Numbered from the stretch's first letter, positions 21,517 to 31,249 are shown. The stretch: 64,000 bases of DNA from an uncultured virus (IMG/VR IMGVR_UViG_3300013621_000001) (IMGVR_UViG_3300013621_000001), one strand, 5' to 3'. The notes: generated by a model not told the origin, from the letters alone. Translations and numbers: made by a program.

Positions 21517-23674
21517 GAGCGGTTTCCTCGGGGGTCTGTTGGGTGCTCAGGAGGCGGTCTGCCGCCGGAGCGAGGGGGAGCAGGATCTCGATCAGCTCGG
21601 CAACGTTGAGCGCGTCGCCCTTGGTCTTGATCTGCAATGCCTTGGCCTTGGCCATGATCTCTTCGCGCTTGGCCTCGTCCAGTCCGACCTTGGCCATGCG
21701 CTCGCGCAGGGCGACCTCGCGGTCCTGTGCTTCCTGCTGCTGGCGCGCTTGGGCCTCGGGGCTGTCGACGTCCTGGTCGTTGTCGGACTGGCCGGTGATC
21801 TTGCGGATGCGCTGCACGACCTCGTCTTTGCCCGGCATATCAATCATGTCAAAGGCCAGGTCCAGCAGCTGGACGGACATCTCTGGCGGCAGCTTGCCCA
21901 GCATGTCGAAGAACTGCTCGGCGAAGGCCTGACGCATGGATTCGCGGAAGTCCTGCTGGTCGACGATGAAGTCGGCCTGGTTCCGGCTGATGTCGTTGTC
22001 GACCACCCAAACGTTGTTCAGGGTGTCCAGGCGCAACTGGTTGATCACCCGCCAGTCCAGCCCCTTGCGCTCGCCGACAATGCGGAACTGACGTTCCTCG
22101 GTCATGAACTGCTCGGTGAGCGACAGCTGCTTTTCGCCGCTGAGCTGGATGCCCAGGCGGTAGTTGTCGAACAGTTCAGCCGTACTCACGGCACCTTCCT
22201 GCTGCTTGGCCAAGATCGCCCGGCCACTGGCCGCGTTGGTCTCGCGTCCCAGGAGCTCGCGGTTCACTCCGGTGCCGTCATGGATGTGCGCCGCATCGAG
22301 CTCCAGCAGCTTGATCTGCGCCTCAGCAACGTCGAGGTTACGCTCCACCTTGATCCTGCCCAGTCCGTTGTTCTTCAGCGGGATAACGCCATTGGGCTTG
22401 GCGATCTCGCGCTTCACTTCCTCGATGCGGTCCTCATCGATGGCGCCGTCCTCGTAGAACAGCTGATTGGTGCTCAGGGCCCAAAGCAGCTTGCTCATGC
22501 GCTTGTTCAGGTCTTCCTGCGAGTCGCGCACGCCGCGGACCAGGCCGTACTCCATCCCGTCGCGGTTGCGGCGATAGCACCAGTACGGCGTGTAGGGGAA
22601 CCGCCCGTGCCGGAACGGGCTGCGTTTGAGCTGCAGCAGGCCGCCTTCGGTGAAGATCGCGCACCACATTTCCTCGACCACCGCGTCGGACAGCGAGTAC
22701 ACCGGGGAGGCCTCGCTCTTCATTGCCGCCAGCGCTACCTGGTGCTTCACGTTGCTCGGATCGAAGCGATCACCACGGAACTCGCCGCCCCAGAGCCGCT
22801 TGTGGGCGACCGGCCGCTTGAACCAGCACTCGATCAGGCGGACCCGCAGTCGACAGCGGCTGTCCAGGGAGGCCCTGCCGGTAATGCGCCGGCCGGTCAC
22901 GGTGTGGCCGCGGCTGTCGTAGCGACGGAAGACCTGGGGGAGATCCAGCTCTTCGTCGAAGGCGCCATTGTCGCCGTCGTAGTGGTCCTGTGCAGCGCGG
23001 TTCACCAGCTCGATGCGGTCCGGGAACATCGCCTCCGCATAGTCCAGATCGGCGAACTTCTCCCGCAGCAGGAAGCGACAGTCGCTCAGATCCAGCGCGC
23101 GACTGACCGGGTCCCGGCGCATCTGCCGCCAGGGAATGTGGCCCACCATCACCGGCTCGTCTGCGCGGTCGGTCCGGATGGACTCTTCGGTCCAGCCGCA
23201 GCCCGCGATCGCGGCATCCTTGAACGCCTGGCTGCGCGCCCACGGCACGCGATTGGTGTCGCTGAGGTACTTCATCAGCTCCGACTTCACCGCGGCGATG
23301 TCGACGTCATCCTCGGCGCGCGGATGCACGACGCCATCGATGCGGGTGCGGCGCTCGGTGCCGATGACCCAGTCGATGGCCATCTTGATCTTGTTGTAGG
23401 TCAGTGGCGCCTGGTGGCGGGCCGCCAGCACGGCACGGTCTTCCTCTGACCACTGGATGTGGTCGTAGAAGTCGTAGTCGAGCATCTGCTCGATGCGGTT
23501 GTCGTAGAACGCATCGAGGGCCGTGTACCAGTAGTCCAGCACCTTCGCATGGAGACGGCGGCTTTCCAGACTGTCCAGCGGGTGGCCTTCCACATCCGCC
23601 GGCGCCGCGGTGGCCACGTCGGCGGCGCCTGGGTCGTAGGCCGGCTCGCTGCGCAAGTTCTCGATCGTCTGCAT
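21503..23674 (-). CDS. Portal protein (podovirus type), 723 aa
   Basis: DYDFYDHIQW...PLTYNKIK, YGLVR..RDSQEDLNKR and SGRAILAKQQEG motifs; start MQTIE coupled by TGATG. Confidence 0.88.
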   Translation of the reverse strand: MQTIENLRSEPAYDPGAADVATAAPADVEGHPLDSLESRRLHAKVLDYWYTALDAFYDNRIEQMLDYDFYDHIQWSEEDRAVLAARHQAPLTYNKIKMAIDWVIGTERRTRIDGVVHPRAEDDVDIAAVKSELMKYLSDTNRVPWARSQAFKDAAIAGCGWTEESIRTDRADEPVMVGHIPWRQMRRDPVSRALDLSDCRFLLREKFADLDYAEAMFPDRIELVNRAAQDHYDGDNGAFDEELDLPQVFRRYDSRGHTVTGRRITGRASLDSRCRLRVRLIECWFKRPVAHKRLWGGEFRGDRFDPSNVKHQVALAAMKSEASPVYSLSDAVVEEMWCAIFTEGGLLQLKRSPFRHGRFPYTPYWCYRRNRDGMEYGLVRGVRDSQEDLNKRMSKLLWALSTNQLFYEDGAIDEDRIEEVKREIAKPNGVIPLKNNGLGRIKVERNLDVAEAQIKLLELDAAHIHDGTGVNRELLGRETNAASGRAILAKQQEGAVSTAELFDNYRLGIQLSGEKQLSLTEQFMTEERQFRIVGERKGLDWRVINQLRLDTLNNVWVVDNDISRNQADFIVDQQDFRESMRQAFAEQFFDMLGKLPPEMSVQLLDLAFDMIDMPGKDEVVQRIRKITGQSDNDQDVDSPEAQARQQQEAQDREVALRERMAKVGLDEAKREEIMAKAKALQIKTKGDALNVAELIEILLPLAPAADRLLSTQQTPEETAHAAA

Positions 23675-24147
23675 CAGTTCACCTTTTGCCCGTTGATCTT
23701 GATCTGGATCCCCATCCGCGCCATCTCGCCGAGCCATTGCTCCCGGGTCTGCTCCGCCGGCGGACGTAGGTTCTTGACGTCGTCGCAGAACTCGAGGATG
23801 GCGTCGTGGATGCGGTGTCGATACGCTGGGACGTCCAGGCCGTAGAGGGCAACCGAGGCGTTCTGCAGGCGAGCAACCATGTCGCCGATGGTGTGGTGGC
23901 GACCACGGTCCTTGTCCTCCGGACGGAAGATCCAGAAGTCGCGGAACGGCACCACATAGGCTGGGCTGCCGTAAGCGATCATCCCGGTAATCGGGTTCAT
24001 TCCTTCGACCCGGCGGTTCTCGTTGCGGATGTAGAGCGCTGCATCGTCGTCGCCATCGCGCACGATGTGGGTCAGGTACAGGGTCAGATCCCCTTTCTTG
24101 CCACACCACACGAAGCCATCCGGGGCGAGCTCGACCTCGGCGCTCAT
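23674..24147 (-). CDS. Hypothetical protein, 157 aa
   Basis: Translationally coupled on both sides. Confidence 0.7.
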   Translation of the reverse strand: MSAEVELAPDGFVWCGKKGDLTLYLTHIVRDGDDDAALYIRNENRRVEGMNPITGMIAYGSPAYVVPFRDFWIFRPEDKDRGRHHTIGDMVARLQNASVALYGLDVPAYRHRIHDAILEFCDDVKNLRPPAEQTREQWLGEMARMGIQIKINGQKVN

Positions 24148-24332
24148 GCCTCAGCTCCCAGCAGCTCCAACGCGGCATTCAACTCTTCCACCACCGCAGC
24201 TGCAGCCTGATCCGGTGACAGGACGTGGTCCTCTACCAGGGTGCCGTGGTTCTCGCCCCCCGGCAGGTAGCGTGCGTAGGCGCGGGCCTGCTGCAGATGG
24301 ATGGCCAGCTGCTGGACCGTGGTCTCGTCCAC
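24144..24332 (-). CDS. Hypothetical protein, 62 aa
   Basis: GTG start 1 nt after the upstream stop; ATGA overlap downstream. Confidence 0.55.
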   Translation of the reverse strand: MDETTVQQLAIHLQQARAYARYLPGGENHGTLVEDHVLSPDQAAAAVVEELNAALELLGAEA

Positions 24333-24333
24333 G

Positions 24334-24612
24334 TCAGTTCGCCTTCCTGGTGAGATCCGACTCGATCCGTGCGGCGATCGCCGGATGGGTCACGGCAATG
24401 TCCTGGGCGATGCGCTGCAGGACGGTCCTGGCGGTGAGCTCGCTCAGCTCGTGGCTGCCACGGTAGTCGACCATGGTGTCGCCCTCCGGCGATCGCAACA
24501 TGAAAGCAACGCTTACCAGTTGCCCTTCATCTGCTGCGGCCACCAGCATCGACAGCAGGTCGACCAGTTCGACCGAGGTAGGCGTGTTCCGCTCGCGCGG
24601 GGAAACGTTCAT
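24334..24612 (-). CDS. Hypothetical protein, 92 aa
   Basis: ATGA overlap with the terminase stop; GGAG RBS. Confidence 0.6.
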   Translation of the reverse strand: MNVSPRERNTPTSVELVDLLSMLVAAADEGQLVSVAFMLRSPEGDTMVDYRGSHELSELTARTVLQRIAQDIAVTHPAIAARIESDLTRKAN

Positions 24613-26162
24613 GCAGTTCTCCAGTTGTCGTTGGCCATGCCGCGCGACTCGCCGACACGGCGGCCACTGCTGCTGACATAGCCCTGGGCCGCCTGCCGGA
24701 ACGCGTCGGCAGGATTGCTGGCCCAGTTGTGGAATGGGAGGTCGGAATACGTTTCGGTCTTCTCGTTCCAGACCTTGGTGTAGCGCCGCAGGGCTTCCAG
24801 CCCTCCGCGGCCCTCGCCTGCCTTGGGTGGGCCGCACCGGACCCTGTCGAACCGGCAGCGCGGCAGCATGTTGCGCACCATGTCGATGCCCTCGGTGATG
24901 TCGTTGATCCGGGGCACCACGACAACCGGCTTGACCCCCAGCTTGGCGGCGACCTGCACGCGGTTCTCGTTGGCCGACCAGTCCTCGTTGGCACCGTCGT
25001 GCGGCCAGTAATGCTTGCCGTACAGGTAGCCCCGCTCCTTCAGCACCTTGGCGTAGTGCGCAACGCCGAAGCCAGAGTTCTCGTAGAAGTCGACGAAATC
25101 CAGCCAGGGGCCGTTCTCCTGCATGAACCAAATGCTCGTCGCATCACTGCGCCCGATGTCCCAGAAGGTGTGAATGGGCACCTGCGGGTTGATAGGAAGA
25201 TCGGTGATCCGCCCGCTGCTGTCGGCGGCGGCCATTTCCTTGCCGTAGTACGCACCCTCGGTGCTCGCCTGGAAGGCCTCCTCCGGCGTACTGGGGTGCT
25301 CCCGCTTCATCTTGTCGCGCTGCTCGGCCGCCTTCTTGACGTACCAGGCCTTCTGCTCAGGCCGCAGCGCGTAGTTCATCTCCGCCTCGACCTTGGCGAA
25401 GTAGGCCTCGTCCTCGGTGGTGAGCGTGACGCCGTCCGGATCGAGCTCGTTGATGGGATCCCGGAACCACGGATAGAAGTGGAAGCGGTAATCCATCGCC
25501 GTCAGCTTGGCCGTGCCGGCGCGGATCTGCCGGTCCAGCTCGATCGCCGTCTGGCAACGCTCATAGAAGTCGCCTGCAGCGCCGTAGGCCGTCGACTCGA
25601 TCACCACAATGTTGCCGGAGGCGATCGCGTTCAATGCGCCAGACGCCACCTCCCCTGCCCGCTCCGGATACATGGCGCACATCGGCCCGTACTCAGAGAT
25701 GTGCAGGAAGGTCAGCGTGCCGCCGCGGTGAGACACCGACACCTCGATGCTGGAGCCGTTGGCCAGCTCCAGGACACCGTCACGCATGTCGCGCCGGACT
25801 GCCGGCCGGATCTTCTTCAGCCAGTCCGGGAGGTTGTCGTAGGCGTACAGCACCTTGCTGCGGAAGAACTTGGCGGCATCGCCGGCGGTGTGGGCGACCA
25901 CACCGGCCTTGGTGTTCTTCTTGAACAGCGCCATGTCCAGGGCGCGGATACATGCCCAGGTCGTAATGCCGTGCTGTCGCGACTTCAGTGCCAGGTTCAA
26001 CGTGTGCAGGTTGTCATCAAGGTCTGCCTGCACCTCATTCAGCTTGAACTGCACCCGTCGGCCGAACTTGTCGGTGATGTAGTACAGATTGTTCAGCCGC
26101 CACCACCGATCCCCCAGCTTCTCAATGATCCTGCTGGCGTCCTGGTCGCTCAGTTCTTCCAC
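24609..26162 (-). CDS. terL: Terminase large subunit, 517 aa
   Basis: LKSRQHGITT (Walker A-like), LHISEYG (Walker B), IESTA coupling motif, WDIG..D and ADAFR nuclease motifs. Confidence 0.92.
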   Translation of the reverse strand: MEELSDQDASRIIEKLGDRWWRLNNLYYITDKFGRRVQFKLNEVQADLDDNLHTLNLALKSRQHGITTWACIRALDMALFKKNTKAGVVAHTAGDAAKFFRSKVLYAYDNLPDWLKKIRPAVRRDMRDGVLELANGSSIEVSVSHRGGTLTFLHISEYGPMCAMYPERAGEVASGALNAIASGNIVVIESTAYGAAGDFYERCQTAIELDRQIRAGTAKLTAMDYRFHFYPWFRDPINELDPDGVTLTTEDEAYFAKVEAEMNYALRPEQKAWYVKKAAEQRDKMKREHPSTPEEAFQASTEGAYYGKEMAAADSSGRITDLPINPQVPIHTFWDIGRSDATSIWFMQENGPWLDFVDFYENSGFGVAHYAKVLKERGYLYGKHYWPHDGANEDWSANENRVQVAAKLGVKPVVVVPRINDITEGIDMVRNMLPRCRFDRVRCGPPKAGEGRGGLEALRRYTKVWNEKTETYSDLPFHNWASNPADAFRQAAQGYVSSSGRRVGESRGMANDNWRTA

Positions 26163-26165
26163 GGC

Positions 26166-26774
26166 CTACTTGCTCCGTGACGCCGACGGCCCGGGGCCCG
26201 TATCGGATCCGTCGATCAGATCCATCACATCGCCCAGGATCCGCGTCTGGGTTTCGATCGGACCGCCGTCCTTGCCGGTGTGCTCGACCTTCTTGGCGAA
26301 CATGCCGAAATGCGTGCCGAGGGTCTTCACCGCGTCCAGGCGGCTGACCAGCTTGATCTTCTTGGTCAGGCCGACCGCACGGCGCTCGTCGCCGCGCCCC
26401 TCCCACTCTTCGAACACCTCAACGCCCTGGACGAGGCTGGCCTCTTCGACCGTGAGCTCACTCATCGGCTTGAGGTTGCCGTGCTGGTCGAACAGGGTCC
26501 GGATGTCGCCCAGCGCCATGAACGCAAGCCGGGCCAACACCGCCTCCTGATCGACCCGCTGAGACAGCAGCAGCTCTTCCTTCCGGCCAGCCAGGTAGGC
26601 CTGCACCTTGGCGTTGGCCAGCAGCCTCGCGGCAGCGGCGCTGGCCGCGGCGCCGGTGGCCTTGTAACCGGCGCGCATGTAGGCGGCGGTGCCATTGAAG
26701 TCAATCAGGTACTCGTCCGCGAACCGCCGTTGCTGGTCCTGCAGGCCCGTCGCCGGGTCGATCTTTCCGGCCAC
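26166..26774 (-). CDS. terS: Terminase small subunit, ~202 aa
   Basis: QRRFADEYLIDFNGTAAYMRAGY HTH and VEHTGKDGGPI motif; GTG start after GAGGA RBS. Confidence 0.9.
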   Translation of the reverse strand: MAGKIDPATGLQDQQRRFADEYLIDFNGTAAYMRAGYKATGAAASAAAARLLANAKVQAYLAGRKEELLLSQRVDQEAVLARLAFMALGDIRTLFDQHGNLKPMSELTVEEASLVQGVEVFEEWEGRGDERRAVGLTKKIKLVSRLDAVKTLGTHFGMFAKKVEHTGKDGGPIETQTRILGDVMDLIDGSDTGPGPSASRSK

Positions 26775-26797
26775 TGGCTGGGTTCCTCTCAGATTGA

Positions 26798-27271
26798 TCA
26801 AAGTTGAGCAGTGGGGCCGTCACCAGCCTCCAGCGGGAGCTCTACGCTCGCCGGCCATGGGAACGCTTCAGGCTGCGGTAGAAGCGGACGCACCTGCTCC
26901 CAGGTCTCGATGCCGGCAGGCGGTGCAAGTACAAGCTGCTCCAGCCGTTGGTTCACTGCATCGCGCCAGGCAACCAGCGCCCGCGCTTCCAAGCGATACC
27001 GCTCCACGCCGCTGTTGAAGTAGCTGGCGCAGTTGGCCAGGTCATCGTATCCCCGCGCCTTCACCTCGGAGTTCATCCACGCGAACGCCGCATCGCGGAT
27101 TGCCCGGAAGTGCTCCGGCGAGTACAGCACGTAGGCTGGCCCAATGGGCACGGGCCTGTTGCCCTCCTTCAGCCACTGCTGATACTGGTCCCACAGCCAG
27201 GTTCCCTCAGAGATCCATGACTGGCGTTCGGGGCAGTAGACAACGGTGGGGTCCGCGGTCAGCTGATACAT
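26798..27271 (-). CDS. Putative fibre assembly/chaperone protein, 157 aa
   Basis: YQQWLKEGN.P and RGYD..A.SY...EA.ALVAWRD motifs; follows the fibre gene. Confidence 0.65.
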   Translation of the reverse strand: MYQLTADPTVVYCPERQSWISEGTWLWDQYQQWLKEGNRPVPIGPAYVLYSPEHFRAIRDAAFAWMNSEVKARGYDDLANCASYFNSGVERYRLEARALVAWRDAVNQRLEQLVLAPPAGIETWEQVRPLLPQPEAFPWPASVELPLEAGDGPTAQL

Positions 27272-27273
27272 GT

Positions 27274-28248
27274 TCAGATCTCCGCGTCCGCAAAGCAGTA
27301 GCTTGCAACAGCAGAAGGAGCCCGCCCGTCCATGCTGAACCAAGTGGTGGAGCCGCGCGGATTCAACGTCGCCGGAGAAATCGAATTGCCCAGTACGGTC
27401 AGGGTCGGAACAACGCGCTTCGGCACCTTGTAGTAGTAGGTCGAGTAGTAGGGCCCATCGGCGTTGGCGATGAACCCGACTGGCTCACCATATCGATAGC
27501 ACAGCAGCAGCTCGACGCCCGGGTCGCGTCTGACAAAAGGAGTTGCCACCGAACCCGCCTCCCACTTCATCTTGCTGAAGTAGAGACCTCCGGTCTGCAA
27601 TCCGAGCCCTCCGGTTCGGCTGTTGAAATCGGATCCTGCAGTGCTCCAGATGATGACTACTGCGGCGTGTCCAAGGTTTGCCGTCTTCCCCGCAACAGAA
27701 GGCAGCGTCACGGTCTTGACGATGTAGTTCATGCCGGCCGCCAGGCTGAAGACCTCCGGCGCAATGCCCAGGATCGCTGGCGAGCCGCCTGCACCGAATA
27801 TCTGTGCGAACTCGACGGCAATTTTGCGACCGGCTGCCCCTGCGTTGAAAACCTTAAAGCTCAGGGTGGAAACCTTGTTGGCAAACGTTCGGCAATCTTC
27901 GACGCGCTGCTCGAATGTCTGGAACGCTCCGGTGGCACTACTGTTACCCGTGATGTTCACGTTGAGGGTAAAGACACTGTCGGGGAAGTTGCTCTCTCCG
28001 GGCAGCGGAACGTGCTGCACCACGGACTGACCAGACACGCCCCCCTGCTGGATGAACCAGCGATCGGCCGAGTAGACGTTGCTCACTGTGAATGACGTTC
28101 CTCGCTGCCATACGTCGAAATCACCGTTGATCAGAACGTTCCTGCCGGCATATCCCTCTACGAGCAGCCCGGACAACGTGTCACCGGCCGACAGCTCTTC
28201 GATCCGCCCAGTAACCTGGTTAAGAATGAGCGGTGTTTGAATGCCCAT
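27274..28248 (-). CDS. Putative fibre / receptor-binding protein, 324 aa
   Basis: GRNVLINGDFDVWQRGTS...ADRW and E.GSVATPF.RR...ELLLC.RY carbohydrate-binding-like fibre motifs. Confidence 0.7.
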   Translation of the reverse strand: MGIQTPLILNQVTGRIEELSAGDTLSGLLVEGYAGRNVLINGDFDVWQRGTSFTVSNVYSADRWFIQQGGVSGQSVVQHVPLPGESNFPDSVFTLNVNITGNSSATGAFQTFEQRVEDCRTFANKVSTLSFKVFNAGAAGRKIAVEFAQIFGAGGSPAILGIAPEVFSLAAGMNYIVKTVTLPSVAGKTANLGHAAVVIIWSTAGSDFNSRTGGLGLQTGGLYFSKMKWEAGSVATPFVRRDPGVELLLCYRYGEPVGFIANADGPYYSTYYYKVPKRVVPTLTVLGNSISPATLNPRGSTTWFSMDGRAPSAVASYCFADAEI

Positions 28249-28451
28249 CAGGTCGTCGCCTGCACGTCGAATGTGCCTCCGGCACGGAGCCCGATCGTAA
28301 GCGTAAACGTGGACGACAGAGGCAAGGAAGCAATGCCGCCGCTGCGCAGACCAACGGGCAGATAGAGCGGAACACCTATCAGGATGTCGCCGGCTGGAAG
28401 CTCCCTGGTGCGATTGCTCGCGTCCAGGACAAGCGGACGTCGTGCTGCCAT
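28248..28451 (-). CDS. Small fibre-associated protein, 67 aa
   Basis: N-terminus RRPLVLD...RELPAGD resembles that of the fibre gene; TGATG coupling. Confidence 0.55.
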   Translation of the reverse strand: MAARRPLVLDASNRTRELPAGDILIGVPLYLPVGLRSGGIASLPLSSTFTLTIGLRAGGTFDVQATT

Positions 28452-28452
28452 A

Positions 28453-28980
28453 TCAGGCTCGGACCACCGGATTGCCGATCTCGGCGTTGATTTCCCCCAC
28501 GGCGGTGGCCACTCCGACGATCTGCAGAATGTGGCCGGCCGTGGCGGTGCCTGACGCCAGCGGCACGACACCGCCCGGGGAGGTGTGGCTCAGCACGTAG
28601 GTCGCGCCTGGGGTAAGGCCAGAAAGCGAGCTGTTCGGCCCTTCGAAGTACACAGTGGCGTCGCTGCCGATGGCGCCGACCCCGGCGCGCACGAAACCAT
28701 GGGCCCGCTTGCCGGCGTTGGCGGCGCTGGCATCGGCCTTTCGCACCTTGGCCGTGCCGGCGTCGTCCCAGATGTTCACGTAGTCGCCGGCCGCCAGCAC
28801 CTCGCTGGCCGGATAGATCTTGGTATCCGCGCCAATGCCGGCCGGCAGCAGCGAGTCGTCGAAGCGGCCATCGGGGCCGAGAGCCGCGATCTTGCCGGCA
28901 TCGGCGGCGCCGGCTGACGCGGTGACGCCTTCGACCTCAGTGGTGATGTTGTTCTTGAGCTGGAGGGTCTTGTCGGCCAT
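28453..28980 (-). CDS. Putative virion fibre/decoration protein, 175 aa
   Basis: ASE.LAAGDYVN...RKADA...AHGFV and GLTPGATYVLS motifs. Confidence 0.65.
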   Translation of the reverse strand: MADKTLQLKNNITTEVEGVTASAGAADAGKIAALGPDGRFDDSLLPAGIGADTKIYPASEVLAAGDYVNIWDDAGTAKVRKADASAANAGKRAHGFVRAGVGAIGSDATVYFEGPNSSLSGLTPGATYVLSHTSPGGVVPLASGTATAGHILQIVGVATAVGEINAEIGNPVVRA

Positions 28981-28984
28981 GGGT

Positions 28985-29533
28985 TCAGATCCGTGCGATG
29001 GGTGTGTCGAAGTCGATCATCAAGGTGGTGGCGTTGAGGGCTCGGCCCACGCACAGCAGCCAGCCAGAGGCGCCTGGGCTCTGCGTCAGTGCACCGTCGG
29101 GACCACACCACACCGCGCCGTCGTGCCAGGTCCAGCTGCCCTCCTCGACAGTGCCGGCCAGGCGCACCGTCACATCGCCGGTGTTCGCCGACTGCAGGGC
29201 GATCCCGACGCAGGCATGCGCGTGTTCCAGCACTCCCGTGTCGGGGTGGTAGGCCTTGCCACCGTCGAGCCGGACCACGCGGTGGCCATGGATCGGCTGG
29301 CCAACCGGGTATGTGGCTTCCGGCGACGTGCCGTCGCGGCCGGCCGGGCCTGCCGGGCCCTGCGCGCCGCGCGCTGCAACCTCTACCGTCCTGGTATCCG
29401 CCTGGATCGCCTCGACCTTGGTGGGCTTCGATGCTGCAACGATGGGCGTTCTGGGGTCGCGGATCGCGACGGCGCCGCGGCGCTCAACCACAATCACGCG
29501 TGCTGCTCCCTCGCTGGCTCGGATCACAGGCAT
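28985..29533 (-). CDS. Putative virion fibre/decoration protein with short collagen-like repeat, 182 aa
   Basis: GAQGPAGPAGRDG Gly-X-Y run. Confidence 0.65.
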   Translation of the reverse strand: MPVIRASEGAARVIVVERRGAVAIRDPRTPIVAASKPTKVEAIQADTRTVEVAARGAQGPAGPAGRDGTSPEATYPVGQPIHGHRVVRLDGGKAYHPDTGVLEHAHACVGIALQSANTGDVTVRLAGTVEEGSWTWHDGAVWCGPDGALTQSPGASGWLLCVGRALNATTLMIDFDTPIARI

Positions 29534-29937
29534 CAGCGCGTGGTCTCGCCCTGGACGGTGACCTTGCCGGCCACCAGCGGGATCACGTACTCCGGATCTG
29601 CGCCCGCCGGCTTGAACAGCTCCAGGCTGTAGCAGTGCTTCACCTTGCGCGCGTTTGCCGGGTTCAGCACCTCGGTGGCCACCGCTGGCACGGTGATCGA
29701 GACCACCCCGTCCAACGGATCGGCGATGACCAGCGAACCGACCGCGGTACTGAGCTCCATGACCAAGGTGTCCGCCTCCGTCAGCCCGAACTGGCCCGCC
29801 AGCGTCCGCACCTGCATCCGTGCCTGGTAGCCGGTCAGGTCGAACGGGCTTCCATCCGGATTGGTGTAGGTGAAGTCGTCCTCCCAGGTCGCACCACGCA
29901 CGACCCTGAGGCTGAAGCTGGCGGGCGTCCGGCTCAC
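29533..29937 (-). CDS. Putative fibre anchor/adaptor protein, 134 aa
   Basis: GATW...PFDLTGYQARMQVR motif. Confidence 0.65.
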   Translation of the reverse strand: MSRTPASFSLRVVRGATWEDDFTYTNPDGSPFDLTGYQARMQVRTLAGQFGLTEADTLVMELSTAVGSLVIADPLDGVVSITVPAVATEVLNPANARKVKHCYSLELFKPAGADPEYVIPLVAGKVTVQGETTR

Positions 29938-30218
29938 AGGGTCAGCTGAGCTTGCAGCTCGTTGATGATGTCCAGGGTGGCGGCCGCTGCGTCCCGCCGC
30001 TGGAAGAGGTCTTCGAGCAACGGCGAGGCACCGAGCGGACGGCCCGTCGACGGTGCCGCGTCCGGCTTGCTCACCGCCAGCGCTGGCGCCAGGCGCCGCG
30101 CAAGCTGTTCGGCAGCGGTGTGCAGATCCTGCTGGGTGCGGGCCAGGTCCTTCATGGCGGATTCGATTGGGGTCTGCGGGTCCGCCAGTGGGGTTGTGCC
30201 GGCTTGCTGGTTCAACAT
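29934..30218 (-). CDS. Hypothetical coiled-coil protein, 94 aa
   Basis: CAGGAG RBS; GTGA overlap. Confidence 0.6.
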   Translation of the reverse strand: MLNQQAGTTPLADPQTPIESAMKDLARTQQDLHTAAEQLARRLAPALAVSKPDAAPSTGRPLGASPLLEDLFQRRDAAAATLDIINELQAQLTL

Positions 30219-30247
30219 GCTGCTCTCCTGTGGCGCCGGGATGGCGC

Positions 30248-30544
30248 TCAAAGCTGGATTACGTTCTTGGCGTCGAGCCGGCGCAGGCACTGTTCGCAGG
30301 CCTTACGTCGCACGTCGCAGGTGCGGAGCTTGTCGGCCAGCTGGCCGACGACTTCCCCACCGATGTTGTCCCAGGCGTCTGCAGCGGCAGGATCTGCAGT
30401 CACGCGCACGCCGGTGTCTTCGCCGGCATCAAGGCACGGGCGGAAGCACATCGCGTCACACTGCGCCGGCACACGGTGCAGGTGCTGCGTGCAGCCGGCC
30501 AGCAGCATCAGTGCCGCGATCGGGAGAGCCTGGCGCAGCTGCAT
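30248..30544 (-). CDS. Lipoprotein, probable o-spanin, 98 aa
   Basis: Signal peptide with lipobox LLAG-C plus additional Cys; end of the lysis cassette. Confidence 0.65.
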   Translation of the reverse strand: MQLRQALPIAALMLLAGCTQHLHRVPAQCDAMCFRPCLDAGEDTGVRVTADPAAADAWDNIGGEVVGQLADKLRTCDVRRKACEQCLRRLDAKNVIQL

Positions 30545-30548
30545 GGTG

Positions 30549-30878
30549 TCAGCGCTGCGGCCAATGCCAGCGACCCGGGTGGCTGCCGGATTCCTCGCTG
30601 GCCTCGTCCCGGCTGGTGACCCACAGCACGTCGTTGCCGTCCAGGAACACTTGGGCGTTGATCTGGCCGTTCGACTGTACCGCAACGATCATGGCCGGCA
30701 GCACGTCGCCAGCGGCGACCTTATTCCCGATGTGTGCCTGGGCGCCGACGGGCCAAGCGTCTTCCAGCAGCCGCTCCTGGATGGACGGGCCATCGGTTCT
30801 GCGTGCATTGATGCGGGTCGCGTCGGTATCGCTCAGGGCGTAGTGGACGATCCGTCCAATCGAGGGTTTCTGGGTCAC
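30549..30878 (-). CDS. Hypothetical phage protein (KPSIGRIVHY type), 109 aa
   Basis: GTGA overlap with the i-spanin stop; PSIGRIVHY...PAMIV...NAQVFLDG...W.WP. Confidence 0.65.
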   Translation of the reverse strand: MTQKPSIGRIVHYALSDTDATRINARRTDGPSIQERLLEDAWPVGAQAHIGNKVAAGDVLPAMIVAVQSNGQINAQVFLDGNDVLWVTSRDEASEESGSHPGRWHWPQR

Positions 30879-31249
30879 TTCGCAGTCCTGCTGGTAGGCC
30901 CGAGGGCCTGGTTGATGGCGTCGATCCGGGCCTGTCCCGGGGCGCAATTGGCTGGCAGCGGCTGCGCTGCAGCAGCTGCTCGGTAGATGGTCCTGGTCCG
31001 CTCCCCGCGCGCGGCGATCGCCTCCAGGCGCTGCAGCAGCTGGCTACTGTCGGACTGGGCTTGGCGTGCGATTCCTGCCGTCACCTCAAGCGTGTCCGCG
31101 AGAGTGGCCGCCCGTGATGCAGCTGCAGCCTCACGGCGATCGCCGTACTGCTTGACGTTGAGCCAGAGCGACAGGGTCAGCAGGCAGGCCAGGATTGCAA
31201 CCCACTTCCAGGCTGCCCACCAGGCAGAGACGGCCGCTCTGGTGATCAC
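30875..31249 (-). CDS. Probable i-spanin (Rz-like), 124 aa
   Basis: N-terminal TM segment, coiled coil and C-terminal Cys; GTGA overlap with the endolysin. Confidence 0.7.
   Translation of the reverse strand: MITRAAVSAWWAAWKWVAILACLLTLSLWLNVKQYGDRREAAAASRAATLADTLEVTAGIARQAQSDSSQLLQRLEAIAARGERTRTIYRAAAAAQPLPANCAPGQARIDAINQALGPTSRTAK

Noticed and set aside
3712..26180. Long plus-strand ORFs (e.g. 3712-5910, 8027-9454, 19014-20807, 21230-23449, 24729-26180)
   Set aside because: Antisense shadows of motif-bearing minus-strand genes in high-GC DNA; no RBS or recognisable motifs
26798..29937. Diversity-generating retroelement or invertible fibre cassette
   Set aside because: No reverse transcriptase, invertase or TR/VR repeat pair seen in the window
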